From: an uncultured Actinomycetes bacterium
GTDB taxonomy: Bacteria > Actinomycetota > Acidimicrobiia > IMCC26256 > DASPTH01
DNA length: 64,000 nt
Direction of reading: 5' to 3'
Assembly: GCA_963705625.1 (NCBI GenBank)
Contig: CAVPKG010000004.1
Location: 613,018-677,017, forward strand
Shown: in pieces, positions 20,949 to 32,229 of the stretch
Numbering within the stretch: position 1 is the first letter of the stretch
Layout of the letters: each line of letters starts with the position of its first letter
The notes under the pieces: model-generated
Seen by the model: only the letters and a program-made list of their open reading frames with translations
The model's database searches: none
Told to the model about the DNA's origin: nothing
Made by a program: the position numbers and the translations under genes

Positions 20949-21761
20949 GTGACCGTGGACCACACCGTGTACCCCGATCCGCTCGCGTCCGACCATCTCT
21001 ACGGGCATCTCGACATGCGCGCCACGCGCGTCTCGGACGTAGTGGCCGAGGGCACGATGCCGATCGGCGACGACATCCGGATACCCGGTGGAATCCGCGC
21101 GGCCTTGCCCGCGCTCCTCATCGAACTCGTGACCGGGCAGTTCGCGATCTCGCTCGGGATGATCGTGTTGAGCGACATGACCTTGCACCTCCGCGACCGC
21201 GGTGACGATCTCGATGCCGTGCGCGGGGAGGTGCGACTGGTTCGGACGGGCCGCTCGCGCGTCATCGGGGTCGGACGACTCGACGCGGTCGCCGATCCGT
21301 CTCGGGTCGTCGGGTACGGCACCGTCAGCATCGCGGTGCTCGGACCGTTGGATGTTCCGTTGTCGGGTCCACCGCCGGTGCACGGCCGTCCCACCAACCC
21401 GCCGCCGATTCTCGACGCGATGGGGATGTTCATCCGCGAGGACGACTCGGCCTGCGTACTTGCCGCGGTGCACACCGGCGTCGTCGGCCCCCAAGACCGG
21501 CTGCACGGGGGTGCGCAGCAGTTGATGGCCGAGGCCGCGTCGCTCGCCGGGGCCGAGAAGGCCGCCGGTACCGACCGCGTCGTGACCGGCGACCTGTCGA
21601 TCCGGTTCGTCTACCCGGCGCTCAACGGGCCCTTCGTCGCCACGCCGACCGTCGTGTCGCAGGGCGACGACGACGTGCTCTGCCGCGTCGACCTCGTCGA
21701 TACCGGGAACGACGACCGACTGGTTTCGATCTCTACGGTCCGCACGCGGATCGTGGACTGA
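20949..21761 (+). CDS. Hotdog-fold protein, probable double PaaI-type thioesterase
   Basis: The distal part of ORF 20685..21761, from GTG 20949. It has two repeats of a hotdog-like pattern, the second containing LHGGAQQLMAEAA. Assignment is by resemblance only. Confidence 0.45.
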   Translation: MTVDHTVYPDPLASDHLYGHLDMRATRVSDVVAEGTMPIGDDIRIPGGIRAALPALLIELVTGQFAISLGMIVLSDMTLHLRDRGDDLDAVRGEVRLVRTGRSRVIGVGRLDAVADPSRVVGYGTVSIAVLGPLDVPLSGPPPVHGRPTNPPPILDAMGMFIREDDSACVLAAVHTGVVGPQDRLHGGAQQLMAEAASLAGAEKAAGTDRVVTGDLSIRFVYPALNGPFVATPTVVSQGDDDVLCRVDLVDTGNDDRLVSISTVRTRIVD

Positions 21762-21773
21762 CGGGAGAGAACG

Positions 21774-22595
21774 ATGGCTGACGCGCGACCGGTGGCGTTC
21801 GTGACGGGTGCGAGCCGGGGCATCGGAGCTGCCACCGCGACCGCGCTGGCGGGCGCCGGCTACGACTTGGCGCTGACCGCCCGCACCGTGCACGAAGGGG
21901 AGGGTCGGCGGCCCGGCAGCCTCGACACCGTCATGGGCAAGGTCGAGGCGGCGGGTACGCGCGCGGTGGCGATCGGCATGGATCTCACCGACCGCGCCGC
22001 GGTCGGTGCAGCGGCCGAGACCGCGCTCGACGCGTTCGAGCGGATCGACGTGCTGTGCAACATCGGCATCTACCAGAGCGAGAACTCCGGACTCTTTCTC
22101 GACACGTCGGTCGAGGAGTTCGCCCTCTACCTCGAGGGTGACGTGCTCGCGCCGGCGACTCTCTTGCACAAGTTCCTCCCCGTGATGATCCGGCAGGGTG
22201 GCGGCACGGTCGTGAACATGAGCTCGTTCGTCGCGGTCAACGATCCTCCGGGTACCGCGAACGAGAACGGATGGCCGCTCGCCTACGCCTCGTCGAAAGC
22301 CGGCATCGACCGCTTCGCCGGCGTGCTCAACGTGGAGCTCGGCGACCGTGGGATCGTGTCCTACACGGTGGATCCCGGTTTCGTCGCGTACGGCGAGGAG
22401 TTCGACGACATGGTCGAGCGGTACGTGGGCATGCCGGTCACACCGCCGGAGGCGATCGGTGCCGCGATCGTTTGGCTCTTGTCGTCGTCCGACGCGATAC
22501 GCCTGCTCCACAAGCGCATCTACCTGCCGGCGATTGCCCAGAAATACGGGCTGCTCCCCGGTTGGGACGGTCCGGGCACGCCGTTCCCACGCTGA
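21774..22595 (+). CDS. SDR family oxidoreductase (paralogue of 33931..34855)
   Basis: Intact 273 aa with VAFVTGASRGIG and YASSKAG motifs. Confidence 0.8.
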   Translation: MADARPVAFVTGASRGIGAATATALAGAGYDLALTARTVHEGEGRRPGSLDTVMGKVEAAGTRAVAIGMDLTDRAAVGAAAETALDAFERIDVLCNIGIYQSENSGLFLDTSVEEFALYLEGDVLAPATLLHKFLPVMIRQGGGTVVNMSSFVAVNDPPGTANENGWPLAYASSKAGIDRFAGVLNVELGDRGIVSYTVDPGFVAYGEEFDDMVERYVGMPVTPPEAIGAAIVWLLSSSDAIRLLHKRIYLPAIAQKYGLLPGWDGPGTPFPR

Positions 22596-22664
22596 CGGCT
22601 CACCCGAGGGGCGGCTCGTGATGCGGATCTCAAGGCTCGCCCGATTCCGCCCGATACGAGCATC

Positions 22665-23153
22665 GTGGGCCCCCTCAATTCCACGCGCCCGAAGGGCGCC
22701 CGGCGTGGCATATCGCTCGTTGCCGCGGTAGCGCTGCCCGCGATCCTGCTCGCCGGCCCCGCGGCGCCGGTGGCGCGAGCCCTGCCGGCTGACGGGCGGC
22801 CCGTGAAGGTCACGCTCGAGGACTTCTCCGTGAAGGCGTCGCAAGCGACGGTGCGAGCAGGAACCGTCGTGCTGCACATCCACAACGCGGGGCCCTCGAC
22901 GCACGAGATCAACGTGGACCGGACGAACGACGCCGCGAGTGAGCTCCCGCTCAAGGCGGACGGGCTGACGGTCGACGAGGACGATCCGAGCTTGCGCCGG
23001 ATCGACTCGATCGAAGAGCTCGATCTCGGGACGACGGGCGACCTGACGCTCCGGCTCCAGCCCGGGCACTACGTCTTCTATTGCAACCTCGAGGGTCACT
23101 ACCTCGGCGGCATGCACGCGGCGCTGAACGTCGTCGCCCGAGGTAAGTCGTGA
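22665..23153 (+). CDS. Secreted cupredoxin-domain protein with a predicted type-1 copper site
   Basis: Signal peptide GISLVAAVALPAILLAGPAAPVARA. The ligand pattern is HNAGPSTHE ... YCNLEGHYLGGM (Cys-x4-His-x4-Met). Its TGA overlaps the GTG of the next gene (23150-23153). Confidence 0.7.
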   Translation: MGPLNSTRPKGARRGISLVAAVALPAILLAGPAAPVARALPADGRPVKVTLEDFSVKASQATVRAGTVVLHIHNAGPSTHEINVDRTNDAASELPLKADGLTVDEDDPSLRRIDSIEELDLGTTGDLTLRLQPGHYVFYCNLEGHYLGGMHAALNVVARGKS

Positions 23154-26118
23154 ACACGCGCGCACGGTCCCGCTCCTTCGGCACCGCGATGCGCCGCGAC
23201 TCGAAGCTGGTGCTCGTCGTCGGCGCGTTCGTCGTCCTCGTCGGCGGCATGGTCGGCTACAACGCCTGGACGACAGACCAGGAGCGGCCGACGGCGCTCG
23301 TCGTCGATGTCACGGCGCGGCAGCGCACGCTGGTGGAGCGATACATCAAGGACGTCGTCCTGAAGCTCGACGGCGTGCAAGCCGACCCGAGCCCGAGTGC
23401 GACGATCCTGCGCGAGACCGCGGACGCGCTGCTCGTCGGTGGGAACGTCGTCACGCCGCAGGGAAGTCTCGATCAACGCGTCGAGATCCCGGCTGCGCGC
23501 GGTCACGCAGTCCGGTTGAAGCTCGATCACGAGCGCAAGCTGATCCGGGAGCTGCTGGCGCGCGGCGACGCGCTCCTCGCTGCCGGTCGGACCAGCCCGA
23601 CGTTCGAGCGAGATCTGCAGGGGCTCCGCGTGGTCGGCGCCGAGCTCTCGAGCGTCACCGGTGACGCCGCGGGCGAGATCACCAAGCAGGCGCAGCACTC
23701 GCTCTCCCGGCTCGTGCTCGTCGAGATCATCCTCGGCATCGCCTCGGTGCTGCTGGCGCTGGCGATGGCCTGGCTGCTCCGACGCGCTGCGCAACGCGAA
23801 TCGGCTCGATTCAAGTCGCTGGTCCACAACTCCACCGATCTGATCACCGTGCTCGACCGGAGTGGCGTCGTTCGCTACCAGAGCCCTTCGTCGGCGCGGA
23901 TCCTCGGAGTGGACGCCGACGAGCTGGTCGGCACGACGCCTCACGAGTCTGGTGCACGCCGACGAGACCGCGGAGCTGGCCGACACACTGGCATCTCTCA
24001 CGCGCCAGCCCGGCGCGACCGCTCAGGTGAAGTTCCACGTGCGGGGCCAGGACGGCGAGTGGCGGATCATGGAGGGAGTCGCGACGAACCTGCTCGGCGA
24101 CCGCAACGTGCGCGGCATCGTCCTGAACTCGCGAGACGTCACCGAGCGCGAGCAAGCCGCGATCGAGCTCGCGAGCGCGCGCGACCGGGCGCTCTCAGCC
24201 TCGAAGACGAAGAGCCAGTTCCTCGCCTCGATGAGCCACGAGATCCGAACGCCGATGAACGCGATCATCGGATTGAACGGACTCCTCCTCGAGACCGACC
24301 TCGACGCCGAGCAGCAGGAGTTCGCGCGGGGCGTGCAGACGTCGGCCGATGGTCTGCTGAACATCATCAACGACATCCTCGACTTCTCGAAGGTCGAGGC
24401 GGGCAAGCTCGAGCTCGAACACGTGGACTTCGACCTCGGTCTGCTCGTCGAGGACGTCACCGACGATGCTCGCCGACGCCGCGCACGCGAAGGACGTCGA
24501 GCTGCTCGCGCACTTCCCGCCCGACCTTCCCCCTGCCGTGCGGGGCGACCCGACTCGTGTCCGCCAGATCCTGCTCAACCTCGCCTCCAACGCGGTGAAG
24601 TTCACGTCGACGGGGGAGGTCGTCGTGCGCGCGCGCACGCTCGACGAGACCGCCGATCACGTGCTCGTTCGCTTCGAGGTGCGCGACACCGGGGTGGGGA
24701 TCTCGCCGGACGACCTCGAGCGGCTGTTCGAGCCGTTCTCCCAGGCAGACTCGTCGACGACACGGCGTTACGGCGGCACCGGGCTCGGGCTCGCGATCGT
24801 CAAACAGCTCGTGGAGCTCATGCACGGAACCATCGGCGCCGAGAGCCGAGTGGGGGTCGGCAGCACCTTCTGGTTCGAGCTCCCCTTCGACAAGCAGTCG
24901 CACGGTCCAGCCCGCGCGCGCCGGTGTCGAGGAGCTCGTCGACCTGCGCACGCTGATCGTGGACGACAACGCGACGAACCGGCTCATCCTGCGTGAGCAG
25001 CTCGGGTCCTGGGGGATGGTCGCCGACGACATCGGACCATGCCGATCCTGCGCTCGAGCTCCTCCGCGACGCGGCGCGTGCAGGGACTCCCTACGACATC
25101 GTGCTGCTCGACCTCAACATGCCCGACGTCGACGGGTTGCAGCTCGCGCACGTCATCAGCTCGGATGCGACGCTGCGGAGCGCTCGCATGTTCCTCCTCA
25201 GCTCGTCGGGCGAGTTCCCCAGGACGAAGCAGCCGCGGCCGGGCTGGTCGCCACGCTCACCAAGCCCGTACGCCCGTCGGAATTGTTCAACTGCCTGGTG
25301 GGAGGACTCACCATGACCGACATCGCCGAGTGCCGACTCCGGCGCGCGGCCGGGCCGAGCGACCGCTCGCGCCGTGGCCGACTCCTGCTCGTCGAGGACA
25401 ATCCGACCAACCAGCTGGTCGCGACGCGGATGCTCGTCGAAGCTCGGCTTCGACGTCGACGTCGCGCGGAACGGCCGGGAAGGCGTCGAGGCGAGCGCCG
25501 CGACCGAGTACGGCGCCATCCTGATGGACTGTCAGATGCCGGAGATGGACGGATACCAGGCGACCGCGGCGATCCGTCGCCGGGAAGGCGACACGCGCCA
25601 CACGCCGATCATCGCGATGACGGCTGCGGCGATGGAGGGCGATCGCGAGGTGTGCCTGGCGGCCGGTATGGACGACTACGTGTCGAAGCCGGTCCGCACC
25701 GACGCGCTCGTCGAGACGCTCGACCGGTGGATCGGCGACGACGATCCGTCCCGGCGCGTCGACCCGGCTGTGCTCGACCCCGAGCGCTTCGACACCGTGC
25801 GCGAGCTCGACGACGGTGACGGCGTCATGCTCCGGGAGCTGTCGGCGGCGTTCCTCGCCGACGCCTCGTCGCAGCTCGACCGATCTGCGCGAGGCCGCCG
25901 CCGAAGGTGATCCCGAAGTGATCGAGCGAACCGCACACGCCTCAAGGGTGCGGCCGCGTCGATCGGCGCGGTCGACTCTGGCCGAGCTCTGCGCGCAGCT
26001 CGAGGGTCTCGGCACGCGGCCGCGTGCTGCGCGACACGCGGCCGTGATCGTCGCGAAGATGGACGCCGAGTTGGTACGCGTGCGCGATGCGCTCGAGTCT
26101 GCCGTGCCGACCGGGTGA
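23150..26118 (+). pseudogene. Hybrid sensor histidine kinase (NarX/PilJ-like periplasmic domain, TM, PAS, HisKA, HATPase, REC, REC, HPt); about 8 or more frame changes
   Basis: Joins fragments 23150.., 23862.., 24466.., 24959.., 24993.., 25374.. and 25816..26118. Motifs seen are [61 protein letters not shown], and RLKGAAASIG in a shifted frame. Confidence 0.8.
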
Positions 26119-27071
26119 CCGACATGCGCGTGTCTGATCGCCGACGACGACGCGACCTGCCGGCTCGTGCTGCAGAAGACCGTCGAGAAGCTCGGTCACG
26201 AGTGTGTCGTCGCGAGCGACGGGTACGCGGCGTGGCGCGAGTTCGAGCGGGCACCGACCGACGTGTTGATCACCGACTGGATGATGCCCGGGCGTCGACG
26301 GTCCGGAGCTGTGCCGCCGGGTCCGCGAGCGCGCCGACGACGGGTACACCTACGTCATCCTGGCGACCGCGCTCGGAGCGCCACGAGCATGTCCTCGAGG
26401 GCATGGAGGCCGGCGCCGACGACTACCTCACGAAGCCGATCGCGCCGTTCGACCTGCGAGACTCGGCTCATCGCCGCCCGACGCGTGACCGAGCTGCACA
26501 AGCAGGTCGCGCGGTTCCACGGCGAGCTCGCGCGGCTCAACGGGAGCTCGCAGAACAAGCGCGGACGGACCCGCTGACCGGTCTCGGGAACCGTATGCGT
26601 CTCCACGAGGACCTGAGCGCGTACGCACGATGCGCGCCGTGCGGCTACGACCGCCGGTACTGCTTCGCGATCTGCGATCTCGACTAGTTCAAGCGATACA
26701 ACGACACCTACGGCCACATCGCAGGTGACGAGGTGCTGCGGCGCGTCGGCGGTGTCCTCGCGAACGAAATGAGGCCCGAAGACAGCGCGTATCGTTACGG
26801 AGGAGAAGAGTTCGTCGTTCTGCTTCGCAACACCTCGCTCGACGACGGCCTGGTCGCGATGGAACGGCTCCGGCGCGCGGTGGAGAACCTCGGTATCCGC
26901 CACGATCATGCTGCATCGCCTGGACTCGTGACGATCAGCGTCGGCATCGCGGCACTCGACCCACGTCGGGACGGCACGCCCGACACCCTCTTGGCGCGTG
27001 CCGACGAGGCGCTCTACCGGTCGAAGCGCGACGGCCGCAACTGCACGAGCACGAGCGAACGCGCGGAGTGA
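26115..27071 (+). pseudogene. Response regulator-diguanylate cyclase (REC-GGDEF); several frame changes plus an in-frame TAG at 26685
   Basis: Joins fragments 26115.., 26167.. and 26733..27071. Motifs are VLITDWMMPG, GADDYLTKP, DPLTGLGNR, ICDLD-TAG-FKRYNDTYGH and YRYGGEEFVVLL. Its GTG overlaps the kinase TGA. Confidence 0.8.
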
Positions 27072-29393
27072 TCAGCGCAAGCGGAGTGTCACCGCCCAGC
27101 GTCCGCCATCCCAAGTTGCCCCGGTCTTGGCAACGTTCGTCGTCGTGAAGGTGACGCTCGACTTGTTGTTCGGCACCGTCACCTTGTTGGCCGAGGTCGA
27201 GCAGTTCCCCGACGCAGAGGTCGTGCAGGTACGTGTCGTGGTCGCGCCGCCGGTGACGGCGAACGTGACCGTCGCCCCGGCCACGGGATGACCGTTCTGG
27301 TCGGCCACGCTGACGTCGACCCACGAGGTCCATGAGAACCAGCCGGTTTGCCCGGATCCGGTGAGCCGGGTGATCGACATCACGACGGTGGGCGTCACGT
27401 TGTTGACATTCACTTGGACCGCGTCCGAGGTCGTGGTGTTGCCGACGCCGTCGGTCGCGCGTGCGGTGATCGTGTGCGTACCGTTGCCGACCGTGGCGGT
27501 GTTCCAGGTCGCCTGATACGGCGCGGTGGTGTCGGTGCCGACGACGCTGCCGTCGACCAGGAGCTGCACCGACGCGACGCCGCTACCCGGTACCGGGTCA
27601 GAGCTGTCGGCGGTGATCGTGATCGTTCCCGACACTGTGCCGGCGGCGGGAGCGATGACCGCTGCGGTCGGTGCCGTGTTGTCCACCGCAACGGCGCGCG
27701 TGTCGCTGCTGCTGAGACCAGCAGTGTCGAACGCGGTGGCGGTGAGCGTGTGCGCGCCGTCGCCTGCGGTCGCCCAACTCACCGCGAAGGGAGCGGTCGA
27801 GTCGCTGCCGATCGGTGTCGCGCCGTCGAAGAAGTCGACGTGCGCGATCGCCACGTTGTCGGTCGCATCGGCAGTGACGCTCACGGTCCCGTGCAGCGTC
27901 GCGCCGCTCGTCGGTCGCGGTGAGGCTCACCGACGGAGGCTCGGTGTCGACGGGCGGGGGTGGCGGCGGCGGAGGCGGGGGCGGCGGAGGCGGCGGAGGC
28001 GGAGGGGGTGGTGGTGGCGGAGCGGCACCGGCGGCTTGCGCGGCGCGCAACGCGTTGACGAGCGGCTCGGGAATTCCGTCCTTGTCGGGCGAGCTCCCGA
28101 ACAGTCCGCTCACCTGCCACTGCCCATGACCGGCGCACGTGGTCGCGTTCGCAACGCTGCCGTCCGGGCACTCGCCGGTCGACTCGAGGATCGCGCGCAC
28201 CTGGTCGGGCGACAGGCTCGGGTTGGCGCCGAGCACGAGCGCCGCCGCGCCGGCGACATGGGGGGCCGCCATGCTCGTGCCACTGAGGGTCACCTGCCCG
28301 CCGTCGATCCAGTCGGACAGGATGTGCACGCCGGGTGCGGCGACGTCGACCACGGAGCCGTAGTCGCTGAAGTCGGCGAGATTGTCGTCGCACTGGTAGC
28401 CGTACTCGCTGAAGTCCATCTGACAGCCGGCGAAGCTGCGCTGGCCGTCGAAGTCGGTGAGCGCCGACACCGCGATGACTTCGTCGTACGACGCGGGTAC
28501 GAAGCTCGCGGCGTCGGTTCCGTCGTTACCGGCGGCGGCAACCACGGTCACGCCCGCGCCGTGAGATTGCAGATCGCCTGGTGCAATGCGCTCGATGCGC
28601 ACGTCGTCTCGCCCGGCCGGTTGGGATCACCGAGGCTCATGTTCACGACATAGGGCCCGGGTTGCACCTCGGCGAGCGCCGGCGACGTGGTCGAGCCCAC
28701 AGATCACCTGCGCGTCGGTCCCGTAGCCGGTGGAGTTCAGCACCTTGACGGGAACGAGCTTGGCGTCCGTCGCCATGCCCACGACGCCTTGCCCGTTGAA
28801 CGCGGCCGCGGCCGTGCCCGGCGACGTGCGTGCCGTGGCCGTGATCGTCGTTCGGAGGCTGCCCCGGGTCGATGCAGTTGATGCCGTCCGCCGTGTCGAG
28901 GTTCTGCGCGAGGTCGACGTGGTCGAGCTTGATGCCGGTGTCGACCACGGCGATGTGCACCGGCGTTCCGCCGCTGGTCACGCCGCGGTAACCCGCTCCG
29001 TGAGCGGCCCAGGCGCTCGTTCGCAGGATCCCGTTCGGCGCGATCTCGACCGCGTGCACGCCCCTCGCCACTTCGACGCGGGCGACGCGCGGGTTGCGGG
29101 CCAGCGCGGCGGCCGCGTCGGCCGAGCCGGAGAACGCGAAGCCGTCGAGAACGTGGGAGTAGACGCCGAGCAGCCGGCCGCCTTGTTGGCGAGCGAGCGT
29201 GGGCGCCGTGCTCGACGGATCGACGTTGCCCTTCAGGGTCACGATCCACGTCTGCGTCGGCTGGGCTCGCGGTCGCTCCCGGCGCAGCGGCGGCTCCGGC
29301 TCCGCCCGTACCGAACGCACTGGCGACGACGGCGAGGATGGTTGCGCCCGCCAGCGTGAGCCGCCGCTTCGGTGACCAATGGCGTGTCCGCAT
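27072..29393 (-). pseudogene. Secreted subtilisin-like (S8) serine protease with I9 propeptide, polyproline linker and C-terminal Ig-like domains; about 5 frame changes
   Basis: The signal peptide MRTRHWSPKRRLTLAGATILAVVASA is in fragment 28737..29483. The catalytic triad is VAVVDTGI, HGHGTHVAG and GTSMAAPHVAG. The Ig-like repeats (VDNTAPTAAV..., ATDGVGN) are in 27072..27884. Switches fall near 29290, 28816, 28678, 28556 and 27921. Confidence 0.8.
27952..28020 (-). repeat. Run of 23 consecutive proline codons (CCN) inside the S8 protease
   Basis: I counted codon by codon on the plus strand as 23 successive NGG triplets, flanked by AAGAA and VDTEPPSV on the protein. Confidence 0.9.
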
Positions 29394-29512
29394 CGCGTGC
29401 CCTCCGGTGAGGGCCCGCCCCGATGTGCAGCCACCATCCGTCATACAGAAGGTGTGGCCTCGCGGCAACCCAAAGTTCGGCAAGGTTCCGGCGTGGCGCT
29501 ACGTTCGTGCGC

Positions 29513-30022
29513 ATGCGGCGCACCGAGTCGCGGAGCGGGCAGCCCGGCGAGCGCGAACCTTCGCCGCCGTTCGGGCACGTCTCCTGGCGCGAGGGAGTGG
29601 AGTACGGGGTGGATCACCTCGTGGTGGTACACGACGCGGCGGACGACATGGCGGTGCTCGCCGAGACCGTCATGGGGCGGGACGGTGTGCTCCGGCGCCC
29701 GCAGCGGGTTCCCGGCTACCTCGCGAAGATCGCGAAGTACCCGCTGTGGGCGGTCTCGGTGCGGGCGTTGGTCGGGGCCGCGGTGCTCCCGGTCCCGATG
29801 TTCCTCTACGGCGGGTCGCGGTACCACTATCTCGTGCAGGGCCACGGGCAGTACCGCTTCGATCAGAACGCGCTCCTCGCCGGGGTGGTGATCGCGCTGC
29901 TGGGTGCGTTCGTCGGGATGCTGGCGGGTGCGGCGTGGGGTCTGCTCGTGGTCCGGTACGCGCGCAGTAGCGTCCGCGCTCGGGACGAACGAGGCAGTGG
30001 CGGTCGTGGGGGTGATGGATGA
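29513..30022 (+). CDS. Hypothetical membrane protein (2 predicted TM segments)
   Basis: ORF 29423..30022, with the start placed at MRRTESRSG. The hydrophobic segments are VRALVGAAVLPVPMFLY and LLAGVVIALLGAFVGMLAGAAWGLLVV. Its TGA overlaps the next ATG (ATGA). No recognisable family. Confidence 0.4.
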   Translation: MRRTESRSGQPGEREPSPPFGHVSWREGVEYGVDHLVVVHDAADDMAVLAETVMGRDGVLRRPQRVPGYLAKIAKYPLWAVSVRALVGAAVLPVPMFLYGGSRYHYLVQGHGQYRFDQNALLAGVVIALLGAFVGMLAGAAWGLLVVRYARSSVRARDERGSGGRGGDG

Positions 30023-31038
30023 GCGGCGAGATCGACGTCACGGCGCTGCGGGCGGCAGCCGAAGCGGAGATCGCGAACGGCCTGGCCGCGTGCCAGTTCG
30101 CGGTCGCACGTGCCGGTGACGTCCTCTGGTTCGAGTCGTTCGGGACCGCGGACGACAACACCCGCTTCGGTGTCGCGTCGGCCACGAAGCCGATCGTCGC
30201 GTCGGCCACCTGGCACCTGATCGGTGACGGACTGCTCGACGTCGACCGCCCGGTCGTCGAGTACGTGCCCGAGTTCGGCACGCACGGCAAGGACGCGGTG
30301 ACCGTCGAGCAGGTCTACGTCATGACGTGCGGGTTCCCCACGGCCCCGATGGAGGCGACAGAAGGCGCGGACCGCGCACGTCGCCTCGCCCGCTTCGCGG
30401 AGTGGGAGCTCGAGTACGAACCCGGAACGAAGTACGTGTACCACGGTGGGTCGGCCCACTGGGTGCTCGCCGAGCTCATCGAACGGCTCGGCGAGACGGA
30501 CTTCCGCGACTACATCGAGCAGCGTGTCACCGGTCCGCTCGGTCTGCCGCGCGTCCTCGGCATCCCCCGCGACCAGCAGACGAACATCGCGCAATCCTCA
30601 CTCCCGACCGGGCCCGGGACGCGCCCCGGTGTCGACCGCGCCGCGATGATCGAGGCCGGTGTGCCGGGTGGTGGCGGGGTGATGACCGCGGCGACGCTCG
30701 CGCGCTTCTACCAGGGCGTGCTGCACAACCCGAACGGGCTCTGGAAGCCCGACGTGCTCGCCGACGCGACGAGCAACATCCGCTGCACGCTGCCCGATCC
30801 GCTCATGGGTCTTCCCGCGAACCGCACACTCGGCGTGGTGGTCGGCAACGGGTTCGGCGCCACCTGGGGCAAGTCGCCCACTGCCTACGGATGGCCGGGT
30901 GCCGGAGGGCAGGTGGGGTTCGCCGAGCCGGCCACCGGCATCTCGTTCTCGTTCCTCCAGAGCGGCGACCCCGACCAGCAGAACGTGTTCGTGCGCGCGA
31001 TCAAGATGTCGGAGCTCGCACTCGAGCTGGGCCGTTGA
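30019..31038 (+). CDS. Serine hydrolase, beta-lactamase/transpeptidase-like family
   Basis: Intact 339 aa with the SxxK motif in VASATKPIVA. Confidence 0.8.
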   Translation: MSGEIDVTALRAAAEAEIANGLAACQFAVARAGDVLWFESFGTADDNTRFGVASATKPIVASATWHLIGDGLLDVDRPVVEYVPEFGTHGKDAVTVEQVYVMTCGFPTAPMEATEGADRARRLARFAEWELEYEPGTKYVYHGGSAHWVLAELIERLGETDFRDYIEQRVTGPLGLPRVLGIPRDQQTNIAQSSLPTGPGTRPGVDRAAMIEAGVPGGGGVMTAATLARFYQGVLHNPNGLWKPDVLADATSNIRCTLPDPLMGLPANRTLGVVVGNGFGATWGKSPTAYGWPGAGGQVGFAEPATGISFSFLQSGDPDQQNVFVRAIKMSELALELGR

Positions 31039-32228
31039 TGCAACCGGACGTGGCGATCGCCGGGCTCGGGATCACCGAGATGGGCAAGGTGTACGGGCGC
31101 AGCGCGCCCGACTTCGCGGCCGACGCGGTGCGGTTGGCGGTCGACGACGCGGGGCTCACGCTCGACCAGATCGACGGCCTGCTCCTCAATCCGGGACTGA
31201 GCGGGGGAGTCGACATCGGGCTTGCCGCGCGGCTCGGTCTGTTCGACCTCCCGCTCTTGAGCGTGGTGAACGCGTACGGCTCGACCGCGAGCGTGATGGT
31301 GATGATGGCCTCGCTGGCGATCGCAGCGGGTCAGGCAACGACCGTCGCGTGCGTGTTCGCCGACGCGACGCTCACTCCGAAGAGTCGCACCGGCGCGGCC
31401 TACGGCGGTGCCGGGGGTGGAGGTGGAGGAAGCTCGGGTCGGCAGTTCAAGGGGATCCGTGGGCTGGGCGCGGCCGCAGGTCTGGGCGGCGCCCCGAGCA
31501 CGTACACGCTGGCGGCGCGCCGGCACATGCACGCCTATGGCACGAACGAGGACCACTTCGCCGCGGTGGCGGTGTCGCAGCGCGACTGGGCCGCCGACAA
31601 CCCGCACGCGCAGATGCCGCGACCCGATCACCGTCCAAGATCACCACAACTCGCGATGGATCGCAGAGCCGTTCCGCCTCCTCGACTGCTGCCTCGTCTC
31701 CAACGGTGGTGTCGCGGTGGTGGTCACTTCGCGCCGAGCGCGCCCGTGACCTCGCGCAGCCGCCCGCCTACATCTGGGGTTGGGGCCAGGGTCACCCGGG
31801 CTACGTCATGGAGCGCGGCTGCCAGTGGGGTTTGAGCACGGGTGCCGTGCAGTCGGGGAAGGCCGCGTACACGATGGCCGGGATCGGACCCGGCGACATC
31901 GACGTCGCGCAGATCTACGACTGCTTCACGTTCACGGTGATCGTCACGCTCGAGGACTACGGCTTCTGCGCGAAGGGGGAAGGCGGTCCGTTCGCGGCGT
32001 CGGGCGCGCTCGGGCGCGGGGGTGCTCTCCCGACGAACACCGGCGGCGGTGAACTGTCGGCGTATTACATGTGGGGCATGACGCCGGTGTCCGAAGGCGT
32101 GATCCAGGCGCGGGCACGGCGGCGGGCGCCAGGTCGACCGGCACGATCTCGTGCTGGTCAGCGGAAACGGGGGCACGCTCGACCACCACGGCTCGTTGAT
32201 CCTCGGCAGCCACCCGAGAGGCGCGTGA
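31038..32228 (+). pseudogene. Thiolase-like (SCP-x / lipid-transfer-type) protein; about 3 frame changes
   Basis: Joins fragments 30327..31835 (from MQPDVAIAGLGITEMGK), 31408..31749 and 30899..32299 (IYDCFTFTVIVTLEDYGFC, TNTGGGELS). It pairs with the downstream DUF35 gene, as is typical for this family. Confidence 0.7.
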
Positions 32229-32229
32229 C

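Noticed and set aside
27940-28030. A G-rich (GGN)n tract that might be taken for a non-coding simple repeat or VNTR.
   Set aside because: It is in frame with the minus-strand protease and encodes 23 prolines between two folded domains. It is reported as a coding low-complexity repeat instead.
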